A stretch of DNA of 64,000 nucleotides from a virus (taxonomy: Duplodnaviria > Caudoviricetes), in the IMG/VR virus record IMGVR_UViG_3300022309_000005, positions 1-64,000 of that record. One strand, 5' to 3'. Below the pieces are notes generated by a model that searched no databases, had not been told where the DNA came from, and saw only the letters and a list, made by a program, of their open reading frames with translations. The stretch's first letter is position 1, and each line of letters opens with the position of its first letter. Position numbers and translations under genes: made by a program. Shown here piece after piece: positions 35,257-43,411 of the stretch.

Positions 35257-35549
35257 CCGCCCCCCGCCAGCCCCGCCCCCCGTGTGCCGAGGTGCTCGCC
35301 GATGGCCAGGCGTGCGGGCGCCCGGTCAAGTGGGGGAGCATCTGCCCGGCGTGCTACCAGTTCCGGCGGCGGCACGAGAAGGCCGCCGCGGAGGGCCGCG
35401 AGCTCGCCACCTACCGCGCCGGGGAGCCGCAGACGACGATCACGATCTCCCTGCCGGAGAGCATGGCCGCGCGGCTGGACGTCATCGCCGGCAGGCGCGG
35501 GCGCAGCGCCCTGCTCCGCACCTGGATCGAGCCCCACCTCCGGGGCTGA
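35253..35549 (+). CDS. Cys-motif plus CopG-like ribbon-helix-helix protein
   Basis: TITISLPESMAARLDVIAGRRGRSALLRTWIE. Confidence 0.6.
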   Translation: MTAPRQPRPPCAEVLADGQACGRPVKWGSICPACYQFRRRHEKAAAEGRELATYRAGEPQTTITISLPESMAARLDVIAGRRGRSALLRTWIEPHLRG

Positions 35550-35550
35550 T

Positions 35551-35694
35551 CTACCGACCCTCCCCGTCGTCCCCATCGTCCCCGTCGTCCGGCGGGCGCA
35601 TGCACCACTCCCAAGCCAAGTCTGCGGCGGCGCGGGCGGAGAAGACGCACACCACGATGGCTACGGCCACGAGCGCCAAGTCCTCGCCCGTCAT
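35551..35694 (-). CDS. Small membrane peptide
   Basis: MTGEDLALVAVAIVVCVF..., coupled to the methyltransferase stop. Confidence 0.4.
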   Translation of the reverse strand: MTGEDLALVAVAIVVCVFSARAAADLAWEWCMRPPDDGDDGDDGEGR

Positions 35695-36263
35695 GGCGGC
35701 CCCAGGAGCGGGAGCTGGCCGCCATCGACGAACGAGAGATCTGCGGGCCGGTCCTGCGTCGGCCACGTCAGCAGCACGCACCCGAACGGCGGCGAGGAGT
35801 TCCACCGCTTGCCCTCGGGCACCTCCGGCGTACCGAACTGTGTCCGGTTGGCGAGGAAGCGCGTCAACAGGTACGGCGCGGCGCCCCTGTCTCGCCACGG
35901 CTCGACAAGCGTTTGCCACCAGGGTTGCTCCGTCCGGCACCCCGGGACGAGCATCACCACCTCGGCCCGGCTTCGCCACGCCTTCGCCACCCATGGGGCG
36001 ATGCTCAAGAACGGAGGGTTGCACCAGACCCGCTCGCCGTCCCACCGCTGGAGCAGGCCATCATCCTGTCGCGTCCAGAATCGGCCGATGATCTTTGCAG
36101 CGGGCGAGCGCGGATCGCTCGCCACGTCTATGGTGAACCGGTGCCGGGCGTGCAGCTCGGAGATCAGCGCTCGCGGCGTGTACCGCTCGTCCGCCTCGAG
36201 GTCCCCACGTCCGTTGACGGACTGCTGGGGATGGTTCTTGGCCTTCACGCCTTGCAAGCCCAT
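35691..36263 (-). CDS. Phage Dam-like DNA N6-adenine methyltransferase
   Basis: DERYTP...FTIDVAS...W.G..VWCNPPF. Confidence 0.8.
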   Translation of the reverse strand: MGLQGVKAKNHPQQSVNGRGDLEADERYTPRALISELHARHRFTIDVASDPRSPAAKIIGRFWTRQDDGLLQRWDGERVWCNPPFLSIAPWVAKAWRSRAEVVMLVPGCRTEQPWWQTLVEPWRDRGAAPYLLTRFLANRTQFGTPEVPEGKRWNSSPPFGCVLLTWPTQDRPADLSFVDGGQLPLLGPP

Positions 36264-36297
36264 GCGCGGCCCTCCAGCACATCGGCGATGGTCGCGG

Positions 36298-36588
36298 TCA
36301 CGGCTGCACCGCCCCGATGGCCTGGAGTGCCTCCTCGACCGTCTCGACGACGCAGACTTGGCCCCGCCAGCCGTCGTGCCACGCCTGCTCATCCGGAGTC
36401 AACCGGCGCTTCGAGGGCGGCGCGGTCCCGTCCTTCACCTCGATCAGCGTGTTGACCTTCCGATACCCGGCGACGAGATCGGGAAAGCCGCGCCCGAGCC
36501 CGCTCGTAATCGCCACGCTCGCGCCCACCTTCCGGAGCGCCTCGACGATCTGCCCCTGGTTCCGGTCCACCTTCGCGGCGCGTCTCAT
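36298..36588 (-). CDS. VRR-NUC nuclease, copy B
   Basis: Homologue of 57..347. Confidence 0.75.
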   Translation of the reverse strand: MRRAAKVDRNQGQIVEALRKVGASVAITSGLGRGFPDLVAGYRKVNTLIEVKDGTAPPSKRRLTPDEQAWHDGWRGQVCVVETVEEALQAIGAVQP

Positions 36589-36744
36589 GCGACCCCCAGG
36601 GCCTTGGCGAACATCCAGCCGAGCGCCAGCACATCCAGAGCCAGGACCGCCGGAACCGGAATGTAGCTCAGCGCCGGAGGATAGCTCGCCCACTGTCTCG
36701 TTTCGTGTTTCACGTTCTCCGCCTCCATGACTTCATGCGCGTTG

Positions 36745-37821
36745 CTAGTCGCGCCTCGTTTCGGTCTGCCGCTTGATCCACTCCGCCACGGCCACCCGTT
36801 CCGACTCCTCGGTGACGTCCGGCGTCCACTCCCATCCGGCCGCCACGCGATCCCCGAGGAAGGCCGAGCGGCACCCCTCGCACAAGTCCCGCCCGTGCTC
36901 CTTGTGTTGGCAGGGCCGGCCGCAGACCTCGCAGTCTGGAGGCCCTCCGGCGCTCCCGCGCCTGTCGCCCGCCGAGACGTACTCCTCGAGCTTCGACGGG
37001 GCCGCGAACGCGCGCATGGGGCAGGGAGGGTCGAGCGAGCGCGCCCAGGCGTCCGCGAGGAAGGCGACGTAGGCGGCCCGGAGGCGCTCAACTCCGTACC
37101 TCTTGAGCCCTTCTGCTACATGCACCCACGTTCCCCGCGCCAGCGTCTCCTGGCGCCCGGACCGCTCGGCCGCCCAGGTCGCGAACTCCTGGGCCGCGGA
37201 CGGCTTACGCTCCCGCTTCCCGGTGCCCTGCTCGACCAGCCTGAAATCCCCCCGCGAGGCCGCCTGGGCGGGCTCCTGGGCGTCTTTCGCGGGCGGGGTA
37301 GGGGTCTGGACGGGTCCAGACGCGAGCGGCTCCAGGGCGGGCGCGACGGCGCCCGCAAGAGGTGTTGACTCTAAGATGCTCGCTGATCGCTGATCGCTGA
37401 TCGCTGTAAGGGCCGGAGCGGAGCCGGAGACAGAGCCGGGAGCCTCTCCGGCTCCACCCGGAGAAGCGCGCTCGCCGGTCCCGGCTCCCCTCCCGCGCCG
37501 GAGGTTGCCCTTGGCCGCGTGGCCGGCGGCGCTCTGGGCCGCCCGGATGCGCAGGTAGCGGGAGGCGCCCCGGACGCGGTAGGCGCCGCCGTCCAGCGGC
37601 TCCAGGAAGCCGTGGACGAGCAGCGCCGGCATCATCCGCTCAACGTCCGGCCCGAAGCAGCCCGCGAGGCCAACCTGGGTGGTGGTGTCGGTCTTCGTGC
37701 GCCAGGAGATCTCCCACAGCTCCTCGAGGCCCCACATCACGACGCCGGGGTGCAGGCCCAGACCGTTCGCGATCATCGCGGCCTTGCGGCGGGCGTCCAG
37801 CTCGACGGACAGGTACGGCAT
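36745..37821 (-). CDS. Putative replication initiator, copy B (different family from copy A)
   Basis: Same slot as the copy A initiator; N-terminal helical domain, repeat-containing linker, C-terminal CxxC...CxxC. Confidence 0.55.
   Translation of the reverse strand: MPYLSVELDARRKAAMIANGLGLHPGVVMWGLEELWEISWRTKTDTTTQVGLAGCFGPDVERMMPALLVHGFLEPLDGGAYRVRGASRYLRIRAAQSAAGHAAKGNLRRGRGAGTGERASPGGAGEAPGSVSGSAPALTAISDQRSASILESTPLAGAVAPALEPLASGPVQTPTPPAKDAQEPAQAASRGDFRLVEQGTGKRERKPSAAQEFATWAAERSGRQETLARGTWVHVAEGLKRYGVERLRAAYVAFLADAWARSLDPPCPMRAFAAPSKLEEYVSAGDRRGSAGGPPDCEVCGRPCQHKEHGRDLCEGCRSAFLGDRVAAGWEWTPDVTEESERVAVAEWIKRQTETRRD
37381..37406. repeat. 7-bp tandem repeat (cgctgat)x3.7 inside the copy B initiator gene
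   Basis: cgctgatcgctgatcgctgatcgctg. Confidence 0.7.
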
Positions 37822-38816
37822 CAGGCTACCCCTTCCCGCGCTTCGAGGTACGCCCGGACGAAGACCGCCGCGACCTGGGGGACGATGGCGTTGCCGAAGC
37901 CTTTGAGCGCCCCGCTTCGGTTGTACCAGTGCGTTTCCGGAATCGCGGTGTCGGCTTGCTCTCCGGGGCGCACCACAGCCACTCGTCCGGATACCCCATG
38001 AGCCAGCGGGCGAAGTCCGGGTTGAGTTGGCCGCGCGGTTCCGTCTCCGCAGGGGAGCCAGACGAGGTCGGACCATGGGCCGCGAGCTGCGCCTGGTGCG
38101 CGAGCGCCGTCACCGACAGCCCGATCTGACAGCCCCGCTCCTGCGCCCGGCGCTTGCGAGCGATGGCCGCCTCCGGGCTGCTCTTGTACTCGTTCGCCGT
38201 GGGCGTCCCCCAGCCGGCCAGCGCCACCATGGCCGCGAGGTCCGCGCCCGAACTGCGCATCGCCTCGCGGATCGCCCCGGCCTCCGAGCGCACTCCCTTG
38301 TCCGCCAGGGCGGCCGTCACCGTCGGCCACCCAGTAAATCCGGTGCCTCTCATGCGGCGCCCCGACGCTCGCAGCAGGCAGCACAGCCGCCCCGAAGGCG
38401 TAGCCGCAACCCTCCAGGTCAGCCGATACAGAATCGAGCCACCCGAGGCCATCAGGTCCCGCAACCTGCTCTCCAAACACGACTGGAGGGCGGCGCTCCC
38501 GGATGAGTTCGAACCACACGGGCCAGAGGTGCCGCTCGTCGGCGAGAGCTCTCCGCCGGCCAGCGACCGAGAACGGCTGGCACGGACAGCTTCCGGTCCA
38601 GACAGGAGCTCCAACTGGCCAACCGGCGAGACGTAGGGCAAGGGGCCAACCTCCGATTCCGGAGAAGAAGTGACACTGAGCGGCGCCGCAGTCCTCGGGC
38701 GCGAGCTCGCGGATGCTCCGGGTTTCCACATCGCCGGCGGGGATGTGCCCGGCCGCAGCCAGGTTGCGGAGCCAGTGCGCCGCGAACGGGTCGATCTCGT
38801 TGTACCAGACCGCCAT
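37821..38816 (-). CDS. C5-cytosine DNA methyltransferase (main polypeptide)
   Basis: Motif I FFSGIGG, IV SCPCQPFS, VI FGEQV, VIII PHERHRIYWVA, X GFGNAIVPQVA. Confidence 0.9.
   Translation of the reverse strand: MAVWYNEIDPFAAHWLRNLAAAGHIPAGDVETRSIRELAPEDCGAAQCHFFSGIGGWPLALRLAGWPVGAPVWTGSCPCQPFSVAGRRRALADERHLWPVWFELIRERRPPVVFGEQVAGPDGLGWLDSVSADLEGCGYAFGAAVLPAASVGAPHERHRIYWVADGDGRPGGQGSALGGRGDPRGDAQFGRGPRGHGGAGRLGDAHGERVQEQPGGGHRSQAPGAGAGLSDRAVGDGARAPGAARGPWSDLVWLPCGDGTARPTQPGLRPLAHGVSGRVAVVRPGEQADTAIPETHWYNRSGALKGFGNAIVPQVAAVFVRAYLEAREGVA
37826..38731 (-). CDS. Nested alternative-frame ORF: putative second methyltransferase subunit carrying motif IX
   Basis: GWPT/GWGTPTA repeats and LNPDFARWLMGYPDEW; start uncertain. 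Confidence 0.65.
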   Translation of the reverse strand: MWKPGASASSRPRTAAPLSVTSSPESEVGPLPYVSPVGQLELLSGPEAVRASRSRSLAGGELSPTSGTSGPCGSNSSGSAALQSCLESRLRDLMASGGSILYRLTWRVAATPSGRLCCLLRASGRRMRGTGFTGWPTVTAALADKGVRSEAGAIREAMRSSGADLAAMVALAGWGTPTANEYKSSPEAAIARKRRAQERGCQIGLSVTALAHQAQLAAHGPTSSGSPAETEPRGQLNPDFARWLMGYPDEWLWCAPESKPTPRFRKRTGTTEAGRSKASATPSSPRSRRSSSGRTSKRGKG

Positions 38817-39109
38817 CACGCACCCCCTCCCGCCGCGCGCCACTCGTCCTCGAGGATGACCTTGCCGGCAAGGTTGCGACCGGCCTTCGTCGGGATGTAC
38901 CCGTCCCGCGTCTGCGACTTCGCGACCAGCTCGCGCTCGAGCAGCCGCTGGAGCAGGTCGTTGACCGCGTTCGTCGAGCGGATGCCCAGCAACGCCCCAA
39001 GCGTACGAACCGTTTGCGGCATGTCCGGCGGCTCCCAGAACATAGGCCGGCAGAGCTCGACCAGGGCCTCGAGCTGTCTCGGCGTCGGGGCCTCGCTCCT
39101 ACGCGACAT
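38816..39109 (-). CDS. LexA-like winged-helix protein, copy B
   Basis: APTPRQLEAL...GIRSTNAVNDLLQRL. Confidence 0.7.
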   Translation of the reverse strand: MSRRSEAPTPRQLEALVELCRPMFWEPPDMPQTVRTLGALLGIRSTNAVNDLLQRLLERELVAKSQTRDGYIPTKAGRNLAGKVILEDEWRAAGGGA

Positions 39110-39275
39110 GGGGCGCCTCCGGCTTGGGCTCGAACTTCGGGCAGGTCTGCGCCGTGTCGCTCGTCGCGACGGGGTAGAGCGGCCCATCGTCGCGGGCGTA
39201 GCAGGTCAGGACGCCCCACATCACCGGCTCCAGGTGGCGGCACTGGCCGCAGGTCCTCGGCGTCGTCTCAGCCAC
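39099..39275 (-). CDS. Small Cys-containing protein
   Basis: Homologue of 2729..2905. Confidence 0.6.
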   Translation of the reverse strand: MAETTPRTCGQCRHLEPVMWGVLTCYARDDGPLYPVATSDTAQTCPKFEPKPEAPHVA

Positions 39276-39586
39276 CGGAAAGCTCCCCGGCACCCGCCGC
39301 GCCTGCCGACTTCAGGATCTCGATGTGCGTCAGGGCAACGCCGCCGCTCTTGCCGGCGACGCTCACAACCACCGTGCCGTCACCGAGCGCCCACGCCTCA
39401 GAGCGCGTCGTCGTGTCAACCGGCGGCACGCCCTCGATGGGCGGGTAGATCGGCCAGTACCTCACCGAGGTTCCAACCGGGTGCGCCGCATTCCATGACT
39501 CGGCGGTGTGTCCGCCGTTCAATTGTCTACGCCTCGCGCTTCGCTTTCGATCCATCGCTCTCCCCACGTATGGCATCACACCACCT
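39268..39586 (-). CDS. Hypothetical phage protein, copy B only
   Basis: WNAAHPVGTSVRY...TRSEAWAL...VSVAGKSGGV. Confidence 0.55.
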
Positions 39587-40190
39587 CGTCCTTTATGGCT
39601 CGCACCGCTTCCCCGGCCCGCGACAACTCCGCCCGCGTTCGGCACTTCTTCGCCCGCGCCCAGCACATCGCGGCCTCTTCCCCGAAGCCGAGCGCCTCGA
39701 GGTGCCGTCCAGCCCAATCCCAGCCCTCGACGGCGGCTTCAAGCGTCGGCGGCTCGTGCATCCACTCGTGGCACGTCCGGCACAGGCCCACGCAGTTGCG
39801 CTCCGACTCCAGAAGCCGGCCCTTGCCCCTGCCGAAGAGGTGGTGTGGGTCGGCCATAAGCGCCTCTCGGCAACGTTCGCACCACGCCAAGTTTCCATAC
39901 GCCATTCCGGAGCGCTTCACGAGGTCATCCCGGATGACGCGCATCCGCTCCCGGTGCTCGTCCTTGGCGCGCGCCTTCAACAGACGGGCCGCCCCCTTCG
40001 AGGGCTTCGGGTGTGCCAGCTTGGCGGGCCGCGCCTTCTTCCGGGCGGCGAGCGCTTCGGCGGCGGCGATCGCGGCCTGAAGCGCGCCGAGCGCCGAGGT
40101 GAGCGTCCGGATCGCCGGCGCCCCGTCGAGCAGTTGCGCCTGGATCGTCTTGGCATGCGCGAGTTTCAGCTTCACACACGGGTCACGCAA
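39576..40190 (-). CDS. HNH endonuclease
   Basis: CERC...DPHHLFGR...NCVGLCRTCHEWMH. Confidence 0.75.
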   Translation of the reverse strand: MRDPCVKLKLAHAKTIQAQLLDGAPAIRTLTSALGALQAAIAAAEALAARKKARPAKLAHPKPSKGAARLLKARAKDEHRERMRVIRDDLVKRSGMAYGNLAWCERCREALMADPHHLFGRGKGRLLESERNCVGLCRTCHEWMHEPPTLEAAVEGWDWAGRHLEALGFGEEAAMCWARAKKCRTRAELSRAGEAVRAIKDEVV

Positions 40191-40383
40191 AGGGCACCTC
40201 CTCGACCTTCTCGGCCAGCGGCTCGAAGCAGTTGCACTCATCGGCCCGGATGTCGCCAGCGAACACGATCTGCCCGTCCTCGACCCAAAACGGCACGGGA
40301 GCGCGGCAGATCCCGCGACCCGGAAGATGGCGATGCTGTTCGCACCGCCGGCACATCGAGCACGTCTTCTTGTCGTCGCTCAT
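40183..40383 (-). CDS. Small Cys-rich protein
   Basis: Homologue of 3517..3711. Confidence 0.6.
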   Translation of the reverse strand: MSDDKKTCSMCRRCEQHRHLPGRGICRAPVPFWVEDGQIVFAGDIRADECNCFEPLAEKVEEVPFA

Positions 40384-40655
40384 GGCTTCGTGCTCCTCCC
40401 CGCGTGTGCCCTCGCGAGCCACGCCTGATATCGTTGATCCCGCTCGTACCCGCAGCCCAGCCTGGTCACCAGCTGGCTGATCTCGTTTCGGAGCGGGACG
40501 TGCCCACAGCGCCGGCAGTAGGACAGCCAGGCAAGGTGCTTGCCCGCCGGCTTGATGTTGTGCGGCCCGGAAAGCGGAACGTCGTCCGCCGGGCTAAAGT
40601 CGGCCTTGCTGGCCTGCACCCATCCGGGGCTAGCCATGGTCGCCACCGCGGACAA
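40380..40655 (-). CDS. Hypothetical protein, copy B only
   Basis: CRRCGH motif; start uncertain. Confidence 0.5.
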   Translation of the reverse strand: MSAVATMASPGWVQASKADFSPADDVPLSGPHNIKPAGKHLAWLSYCRRCGHVPLRNEISQLVTRLGCGYERDQRYQAWLARAHAGRSTKP

Positions 40656-40851
40656 GCTTGCGAGCCGCGGCGTAGACGGCCAGCAGGCGGTCAGATTCGG
40701 ATCTCTTTGTCGGGCAGCGGCACCCGCCGTTGGTGCCAGGCCCAGGCCACCGTCGCACGCGGCAAGAGTTGTCGCCGCAGCCCTGGAGGATCCGTTCTGT
40801 GAGTTCCACCTCGGCCCTCAGCCGGTCCAGCGCGGACGTGTTCTCACCCAC
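40630..40851 (-). CDS. Hypothetical protein
   Basis: Homologue of 3716..3928. Confidence 0.6.
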   Translation of the reverse strand: MGENTSALDRLRAEVELTERILQGCGDNSCRVRRWPGPGTNGGCRCPTKRSESDRLLAVYAAARKLVRGGDHG

Positions 40852-41200
40852 GGGACACCTCCGGGAACTCGCGCGAGCCATCTACGAGGCGCCTGCTGTG
40901 CTCATCGGCACGGCGACCGCATCCCGTCCGAGAGCAGATCTCTCCCGGGTCCCCGTCGCAGGCCGGCGGGCAAGGAAAGGGGCACGAGTCTCCGCTGCAC
41001 CGGCCCCATGTCCGATCCTTGCCGGGCCAGAAGTGAAGGCATGCGCCGCGCCCGGCCTCGATCTCCTCCGGCGTCGCCAACCACTCAGGGAGCACGCTCC
41101 AGGAGTAGATCCGGCTCACCCATTCCCACTGCCAGCCCGTCCGCCAGCCGAGCCAAAGGGCGGCGCAGAACAGCCACCAGCGCCAGCGAGGGCGGTTCAT
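40844..41200 (-). CDS. Trp/Cys-rich protein occupying the DUF5131 slot
   Basis: MNRPRWRWWLF...; ends REFPEVSRG, as does DUF5131. Confidence 0.55.
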   Translation of the reverse strand: MNRPRWRWWLFCAALWLGWRTGWQWEWVSRIYSWSVLPEWLATPEEIEAGRGACLHFWPGKDRTWGRCSGDSCPFPCPPACDGDPGEICSRTGCGRRADEHSRRLVDGSREFPEVSRG

Positions 41201-42342
41201 CGGGTCCCCTCGCTCTCTCCGGCGCCCGGCGAGACGAAGAGGTGGCAAGGGCAGATTGTTTCGCCCGGCTGGTTGCCGCAGCACTGCGGCCTGTGTTCCG
41301 ATTTGCGATGCGCGCATGGGATCACGCCCCCGAGGTCCCGCGCACAGAGCGGGTCCCCGGCCTGCGCCAGCTTCCGCGCCTCCTCCGCGGCCATGTCGCC
41401 GAGCCGGGCGAGGTCGGGCGCCGCGCCCACGTCGGCCGGGCGCGCGGGCTGGAACCTCGAGGGGTCCCAGTCGCACGGACCCGCCGCCCGGTAGCTCGGC
41501 CCGAGCAAGAACCTGCACCGCTCCGAGTGGCGGCACTCGCTGCACGGCCGCGCCCCGTCGTCCGTCCGGGGCGCCTGCTCAGGAGGGGCGGCGGGGCGTG
41601 CCTCCCGGATGGCGTTCTGGGCATCGACAAGAAGCTCAATGTCACCCGTGAAGCCTGGGAGGTTCTCGCGGATCGCCGTGGTGGCCGCCTGACAAGCTCG
41701 GTCTGCCTTGGCGAGCGCCCCCTCCAGCTCCGCTACCCTGGCGCGGGCCTGTTCCTCCAGGCGCATGAACTGGTCTCGATCCGCCCGCCCCTCCGCGAGC
41801 TTGCGCTCCGCATCCGTGCATCGCTTCACCACGTCCAGCCCGCTGGCCAATGTTGCGTCGCGTAGCGCCCTTGCTCGATCTGCCTCGGAGAGCAGCGCGT
41901 TATGCTTGCGCGAAATCTCGGCACGCTCTCGAAGCGCCTGGTCCCGCTCCCCCTCCGCCTTCGCCAGCGCGGCCCGCACCTCCTCCAGCGCCTTCGCCCA
42001 TGAATCCGTCTCGCGGTCGAATCGCTCCTGAAGGGCCTGCCGGAGCGCGCGCTCGCCCTTCATCTCGGCCAGGGCCTTGTCCCGCTCCTCCTCCACCTCC
42101 ATGTAGCTGTCGCCGGACACCCGGGCGTCGCGCTCCTCGCGCATGTCCTCCAGCGCGTCCTGCGCCGCTTCGAGGGCGGCGAGGAGGGCGGGCATGTACG
42201 TCTCCGCTAGCGCGCGCGCGTTCTGCAAGTACCGCTCTCGTTCGAGAGCGCTCGCGCCGACATGTGGCAGATCCAGCAGGCCGTTGGCCAAATTCCGAAT
42301 CAGAACGATCCGCTCCGCCGTCAACACCTTCGTCTCCGTCAT
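41197..42342 (-). CDS. Modular coiled-coil protein, copy B
   Basis: Shares RVAELEGAL, APPEQA, PCSECRHS...CDWDPSRFQP and APDLAR segments with 4846..6765. Confidence 0.65.
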   Translation of the reverse strand: MTETKVLTAERIVLIRNLANGLLDLPHVGASALERERYLQNARALAETYMPALLAALEAAQDALEDMREERDARVSGDSYMEVEEERDKALAEMKGERALRQALQERFDRETDSWAKALEEVRAALAKAEGERDQALRERAEISRKHNALLSEADRARALRDATLASGLDVVKRCTDAERKLAEGRADRDQFMRLEEQARARVAELEGALAKADRACQAATTAIRENLPGFTGDIELLVDAQNAIREARPAAPPEQAPRTDDGARPCSECRHSERCRFLLGPSYRAAGPCDWDPSRFQPARPADVGAAPDLARLGDMAAEEARKLAQAGDPLCARDLGGVIPCAHRKSEHRPQCCGNQPGETICPCHLFVSPGAGESEGTR

Positions 42343-42551
42343 GGCTTGACCTTCCTCGTCCGCGCCTTGTGGGCAGACGCCAGCAGCTTCAGGAGCTTGT
42401 GCTCGGCTTCGCTTGCGATGAGGCGCACCGTCCCGAGAAGCGCCGTGTCGGAGCCGGACAGCTTCGCCGTCCCCAGCATCGCCAGCCTTCCCCGGCACGC
42501 GCGCAGCCACCGGAGCGCGCTCCGGATGTCCTTCTCGGCGGCGGCGTTCAT
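42339..42551 (-). CDS. Hypothetical protein
   Basis: Homologue of 6971..7183. Confidence 0.65.
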   Translation of the reverse strand: MNAAAEKDIRSALRWLRACRGRLAMLGTAKLSGSDTALLGTVRLIASEAEHKLLKLLASAHKARTRKVKP

Positions 42552-42811
42552 CGGCGTCCCCTCGGGTATCCCCTGCGGTTGTTCATCTTGATCAGCGCGT
42601 CCACTCCCGGCTCGTGCTGGTCCGGGCTCGAAGTCGGGCGCGGTGCCGGCGGGGGAGGACCTCGGCGGATCGGAATCTCGGCGCGCTGCGTTGCGGCGTA
42701 GTCGTCCATCCGCCTTGACGCGTTCCTGTCGTGCGCCTCCAGCAGCTCCTCGAGGCGGCGCTGAGCAAGGAAGACCTCGACGCGCAAGGGCTCGCGGCGG
42801 CGCGGCGTCAC
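42548..42811 (-). CDS. Hypothetical protein, copy B only
   Basis: GTGA-coupled to the repressor stop. Confidence 0.5.
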   Translation of the reverse strand: MTPRRREPLRVEVFLAQRRLEELLEAHDRNASRRMDDYAATQRAEIPIRRGPPPPAPRPTSSPDQHEPGVDALIKMNNRRGYPRGRR

Positions 42812-43032
42812 GACTTCGACCCCCGCGCCTTGGGCGCCTTCTCGCTCGACTTCTCGGCGGAGAGCGCGGCCGTGCAGAGCAGCCGCACCGCTTCCGAGTC
42901 GCATACCGGACGGCCGAACTCTCGCTGAAGGCTGAGCGCGAACGCCTGCACTCCCTCCCAGAGTTCTTCGTTGAAAAAGATGGTGCGCCGCTTCATCGGC
43001 TTGGACTTCGGATCCTGGACGGGAAGATTCAA
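42808..43032 (-). CDS. Ribbon-helix-helix putative repressor, copy B (TTG start; ATG alternatives at 42996 and 43074)
   Basis: MKRRTIFFNEELWEGVQAFA...; C-terminal RLLCTAALSAEKSSEKAPKARGSKS identical to copy A. Confidence 0.6.
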   Translation of the reverse strand: MNLPVQDPKSKPMKRRTIFFNEELWEGVQAFALSLQREFGRPVCDSEAVRLLCTAALSAEKSSEKAPKARGSKS

Positions 43033-43071
43033 GTTGCCTCCGTGCGCGCGTGGCGCTTGCGTGTATGCGGT

Positions 43072-43122
43072 CATATACCACGGCACCCGGCGCTTGACAA
43101 GTAGGACGTGACGTGCCACATT
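43072..43122. promoter_or_regulatory. Back-to-back promoters, copy B
   Basis: Plus strand: TTGACA(43094-43099)-N17-CACATT. Minus strand: TTGTCA-N17-TATATG. Confidence 0.7.
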
Positions 43123-43165
43123 GCGGCCACGCTCGGGCGACCGGGGCAACGAAGCGGAGGAGCGC

Positions 43166-43411
43166 ATGTCGAAGAAGATCTCGAAGCGGAAGGCGGCGCA
43201 GGCCAAGAAGGCGGCGGCGAAGAGGGCGCGGTACGAGGCCCGCAAGGACAAGGACACCAGCAACAGCAAGTGCGCGGAGCGGCGCCGGGCGCGCAACCGG
43301 GGCGTTCCGATGTCGTCGCGCTCGCACGAGTCCGCGCCGTGGTGGGACCGCGGCATCCGCGGATCCTTCGGCGCGTTCATCGAGAAGTCGGCCGTCGCGG
43401 CGAGGGCGTGA
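43166..43411 (+). CDS. Highly basic small protein, copy B only
   Basis: MSKKISKRKAAQAKKAAAKRAR...; strong SD. Confidence 0.6.
   Translation: MSKKISKRKAAQAKKAAAKRARYEARKDKDTSNSKCAERRRARNRGVPMSSRSHESAPWWDRGIRGSFGAFIEKSAVAARA

Larger units (their letters stand above)
57..36297. mobile_element. One complete ~36.2-kb period of a podovirus-like (pro)phage genome (copy A; phase set arbitrarily at the VRR-NUC gene)
   Basis: Terminase, portal, scaffold, capsid, tail and lysis genes plus replication and recombination genes. Gene order restarts with a second VRR-NUC gene at 36298. Confidence 0.9.

Noticed and set aside
35691-38816. Restriction-modification system
   Set aside because: The methyltransferases are orphan-type phage enzymes, and the nearby VRR-NUC and HNH genes are ordinary phage nucleases also present in the copy lacking these methyltransferases.
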